From positions 3,472,001 to 3,536,000 of the forward strand of contig CP158636.1 of the NCBI GenBank assembly GCA_050273025.1: a DNA stretch of 64,000 nucleotides. The letters run 5' to 3'. The number at the start of each line of letters is the position of its first letter. Position 1 is the stretch's first letter. The notes beneath the pieces were generated by a model. The model was not told the DNA's origin and did not search any database. It was given only the letters and a program-made list of their open reading frames with translations. This stretch comes from Cenococcum geophilum. Lineage: Eukaryota. This document shows, in pieces, positions 61,082 to 64,000 of this stretch. The position numbers were made by a program, and so were the translations under genes.

Positions 61082-64000
61082 TGTAACCGACTACTGACAC
61101 TGCGTTGAGACACAAGATCACCGCTTAGAAGGCTCCGAGATAGCGTCAACGCCACCTAATATAGTGGTTGTAGATCAATATTGGTGGCAGATTACCGTTC
61201 CCATTTCAGCTATCTATTACCCCATTACTTCTACCTTCTTCGTGTATATATAGAGCCTCTAGAGCTATATTTATAATTAAGTTGCTTATTTAATTCCTAT
61301 ATACTGCAAAGCTTACAGTTATAAGCCTGGATCGCACCACCTACTAACTAATTAATCTACTACATTATTTAAGAAGTTACTACTTCTACCTTTGCAGTGT
61401 CTCGAGCTTCTTTACCTATCAAACGAACGGACGATTAACCCTAGTTAACGTACGTACCCGACTAACGAACGAACTAACGAATTAAATCAAAAGTTTAAAA
61501 CGTTAAAATAAGGTTTTTGCTAAGACGCCAATTGGACCCTGCCTAACCTATTAAATCCTAAAAATAACGACTATAAGCGAATTAAAAGTTAACCTAATCC
61601 TTAACCAGCCTTCTAATTAGACATAGTGGTTCTTTATTATCTAAGACACGGCTAAAACTAACGAGGTATGGGAGCACATTAACCTATCTAAAAAAGGCGA
61701 GCGTCCAAAGCTAGTATAACTAAGTCGTCCTATACCAAGGGATATACTACCTACGGCTATATTAATAGTAAAGCTAGACCTAAGTTAACTCACCATATAT
61801 AACTAGCTCTATGCTAAATATAAAGACGATCTTCGTATATATAAGAAGCAAAAACGGGCTATAAACGATATTAGTAACTATATCGTTTGCACCATATTAG
61901 TAGCCTACCTTCCACTTATTAACGACCTTAATACGGTATACAAACGGCTTTAAGCACTTAAGACTGCACTAGCCCCTACTACCTTAGGTTAAAAACGAGA
62001 CGTCTTAAATTAGTATACGGCTTTAAAAGTCTATAATAAAAAGCAGAGCATTAATAAATAGTTAAATAACTAGCGGAATATCTACAAGCTTACGGAGTAA
62101 TTAAAGCTACCAGATATATAAGAATTTAGGCCACACTATAACTTTGTTTAAGCTATTAAATCTATCTTTTCTAGCTTTATAGGAGCTCTAAAAGTAGACC
62201 TTATTCGCAAGGAACGCAAGGACGAAGCTGCACTATCTATTATTAATCTCATTAAGGAATTTAAGGAGCACTACCGCATGCAGCAAGCAGCATCCTCAGC
62301 TACCCCTACTAATAACTCTGCCTTTATAACCCTAGGCAATTCTAATTCCAATTTAGATTCTAATAGCAATTTTAATTCAGATTTAAAATGGAATAAAGAA
62401 TGCATATATGGCTTTAAATATCGATTTAATAGCTGCTACTATATTGTTAAGCAGAAGCGCCCTTAAGGATAGAAACTAAACCTAGATATCTAAAAGAAAG
62501 TAAAAAAAGTAATCTTATCTACGCCTTAGATTAAACGCATTATTAACCTTATCTTAAAAAGAGAAAAGGAAGTAAAGAAGAAAGAATCTATAATTAATTT
62601 TAATTCCAAAACCCTACCTTCTAAAACCCTAATTAGTTATACTACCGTATTTAGTACTAGCCAAACTTAATTCGAACTCTAGAATACCTAAATACTTAAC
62701 CCTAGTGCAGATACCCACGTCTATAATAACTAAGAAGACTTTACCTTCTCCTACCTAGCTGTAGAAGACAACTACCTAATTGCTAGTAGAAATTATAAAA
62801 AGATATAGGCTTATAGAACAGTAACGATTACTATTAATACACCTACTAGGAGCTCAAAAATGAAGCTATTCTATGTAGTATTAGTACCTACTATATTTAC
62901 AAATATTATAGTACTATTAAGGGCTATAGATAACAATATCCATTTTAACTTAGGATAAAACTTGCTATACCGTCTAGCTACTAGCGAAACAGTATACTAT
63001 ACGAAATAACTAGGGGGCTACTGGGTACTAATGCACCGAGAGCCTATAAATACCCTAGATTTAATAACTTAATCGACCTTCTTATTAAGAAGACATTAAC
63101 TAAGTAAAATGGCCCATAAACTAGTCGGAGCTACAGCTATAAAATGGCATAAAATACTTAGCTATACAGGACCTAACGCTATTAAGCAGCTTCCTAAGCA
63201 CGTTAATGGCGCAGAGCTTAAAGAGCTAATTAACGAATAAGCACCGCTTAAAATTAAATGCGAAGTCTGCTTATTAGCAAAGCATACGCAGCAGATCTCT
63301 TAAAGACAATAACACGAATTTCTAGCCACTCGACCATTTAAGCGGGTAGCATTTAATATTATTACCCTTAGAGAACCAGGGTATAATAGCAATAGATATA
63401 TAATGCACTTCTATTACATATATTCTAAATTTAATTTTATATTTACCGCTAAAAATAAGAATAAAGCTACCGTCCTACCTACCATCCGTAAGACCTACTA
63501 TTTAATTAAAATACGATTCCACTAAGACATAATCTTTTTCTAGAGCAACAATAAATAAGCTTTTAGATAAATAGGAGACACCTTAAATACATAGTACGCA
63601 GATAAAGGCATTACTTTTAAATGCCGAGCCCTGTATACAGAAGAATAAAATAGCGGAGCTAAACAATCTAGACGAACCCTTATGGATTAATTAAGGGCTA
63701 TACAGCTAGAAGTATTCTTACCCCTATCTCTAGGACCAGAGGCTTTCCTTACTACTAGCTACGCACTTAATCGAACCCTAAATAAGTAACTAGGATGGAA
63801 AACTCCGTACAAGATCGCCTACGGCAAGCCACCGTTACTTACCTATATACACGTATATAGCTGCAAAACCTATACACTAGATAAACGAATTAAAGGGGGA
63901 GATAAACTAGCTCCTTATACATTAATTAGATACCTAGTCGGCTACAATTCAACTAATATCTATCGAATTTGGATTCCAAGTCTCCGTAAGGTTATTCAAA
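61082..64000 (+). mobile_element. Copia M, same family as H, 5' part (runs off the window within the integrase)
   Basis: LTR 61082-61317 is the reverse complement homologue of the H LTR; PBS GTTATAAGCCTGG at 61318; gag, PR and integrase align to H 45950-48620. Confidence 0.93.

Noticed and set aside
5455..62466. Short ORF-track ORFs in the AT-rich block (e.g. 5455-5649, 10209-10415, 22657-22857, 42220-42411, 44681-44896, 60875-61108, 62278-62466)
   Set aside because: These are stop-free survivors or antisense frames of RIP-mutated gag/pol sequences, not independent genes.

Overview
Genomic DNA of a filamentous ascomycete with repeat-induced point mutation (RIP). This is inferred from GT-AG introns with CTAAC/CTGAC branch sites and from heavy C>T/G>A, TpA-rich decay of repeats. 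The first ~3.2 kb is ordinary gene space: an intact three-exon glutathione S-transferase (471-1315) and a frameshifted CorA-like (FGMN) pseudogene. From ~3.2 kb to the window end is one RIP-degraded, deeply nested transposon cluster that can be reconstructed almost completely from LTR pairs and target-site duplications (TSDs). A probable hAT remnant contains Copia A (3627-9030) and Gypsy B (9695 to beyond the window). B contains Gypsy C (10634-52841), a composite TA-TSD TIR element L filled with satellites (53774-56082), a CCC..GGG mini-element (56223-56390) and GalEa-like Copia N (57489-), which contains Copia M (61082-). C contains Gypsy D, a second CCC..GGG mini-element, non-autonomous E (holding Gypsy J and a 448-bp TRIM K), non-autonomous Copia-derived F (holding a complete Ngaro-type tyrosine-recombinase retroelement), Gypsy G, Copia H and non-autonomous I. 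No TE ORF is intact. The most unusual signals are five. (1) A covarying structured/palindromic module shared by the 3' UTRs of three different Gypsy-type families. (2) Tf1-like self-priming signatures in six LTR families, including tiny non-autonomous ones. (3) Two related CCC..GGG mini-elements with AT duplications. (4) A three-TIR composite element carrying minisatellite cargo. (5) A sequence shared between that DNA element and a non-autonomous LTR element. All alignments and 'de-RIP' translations were done by eye, with no database searches.
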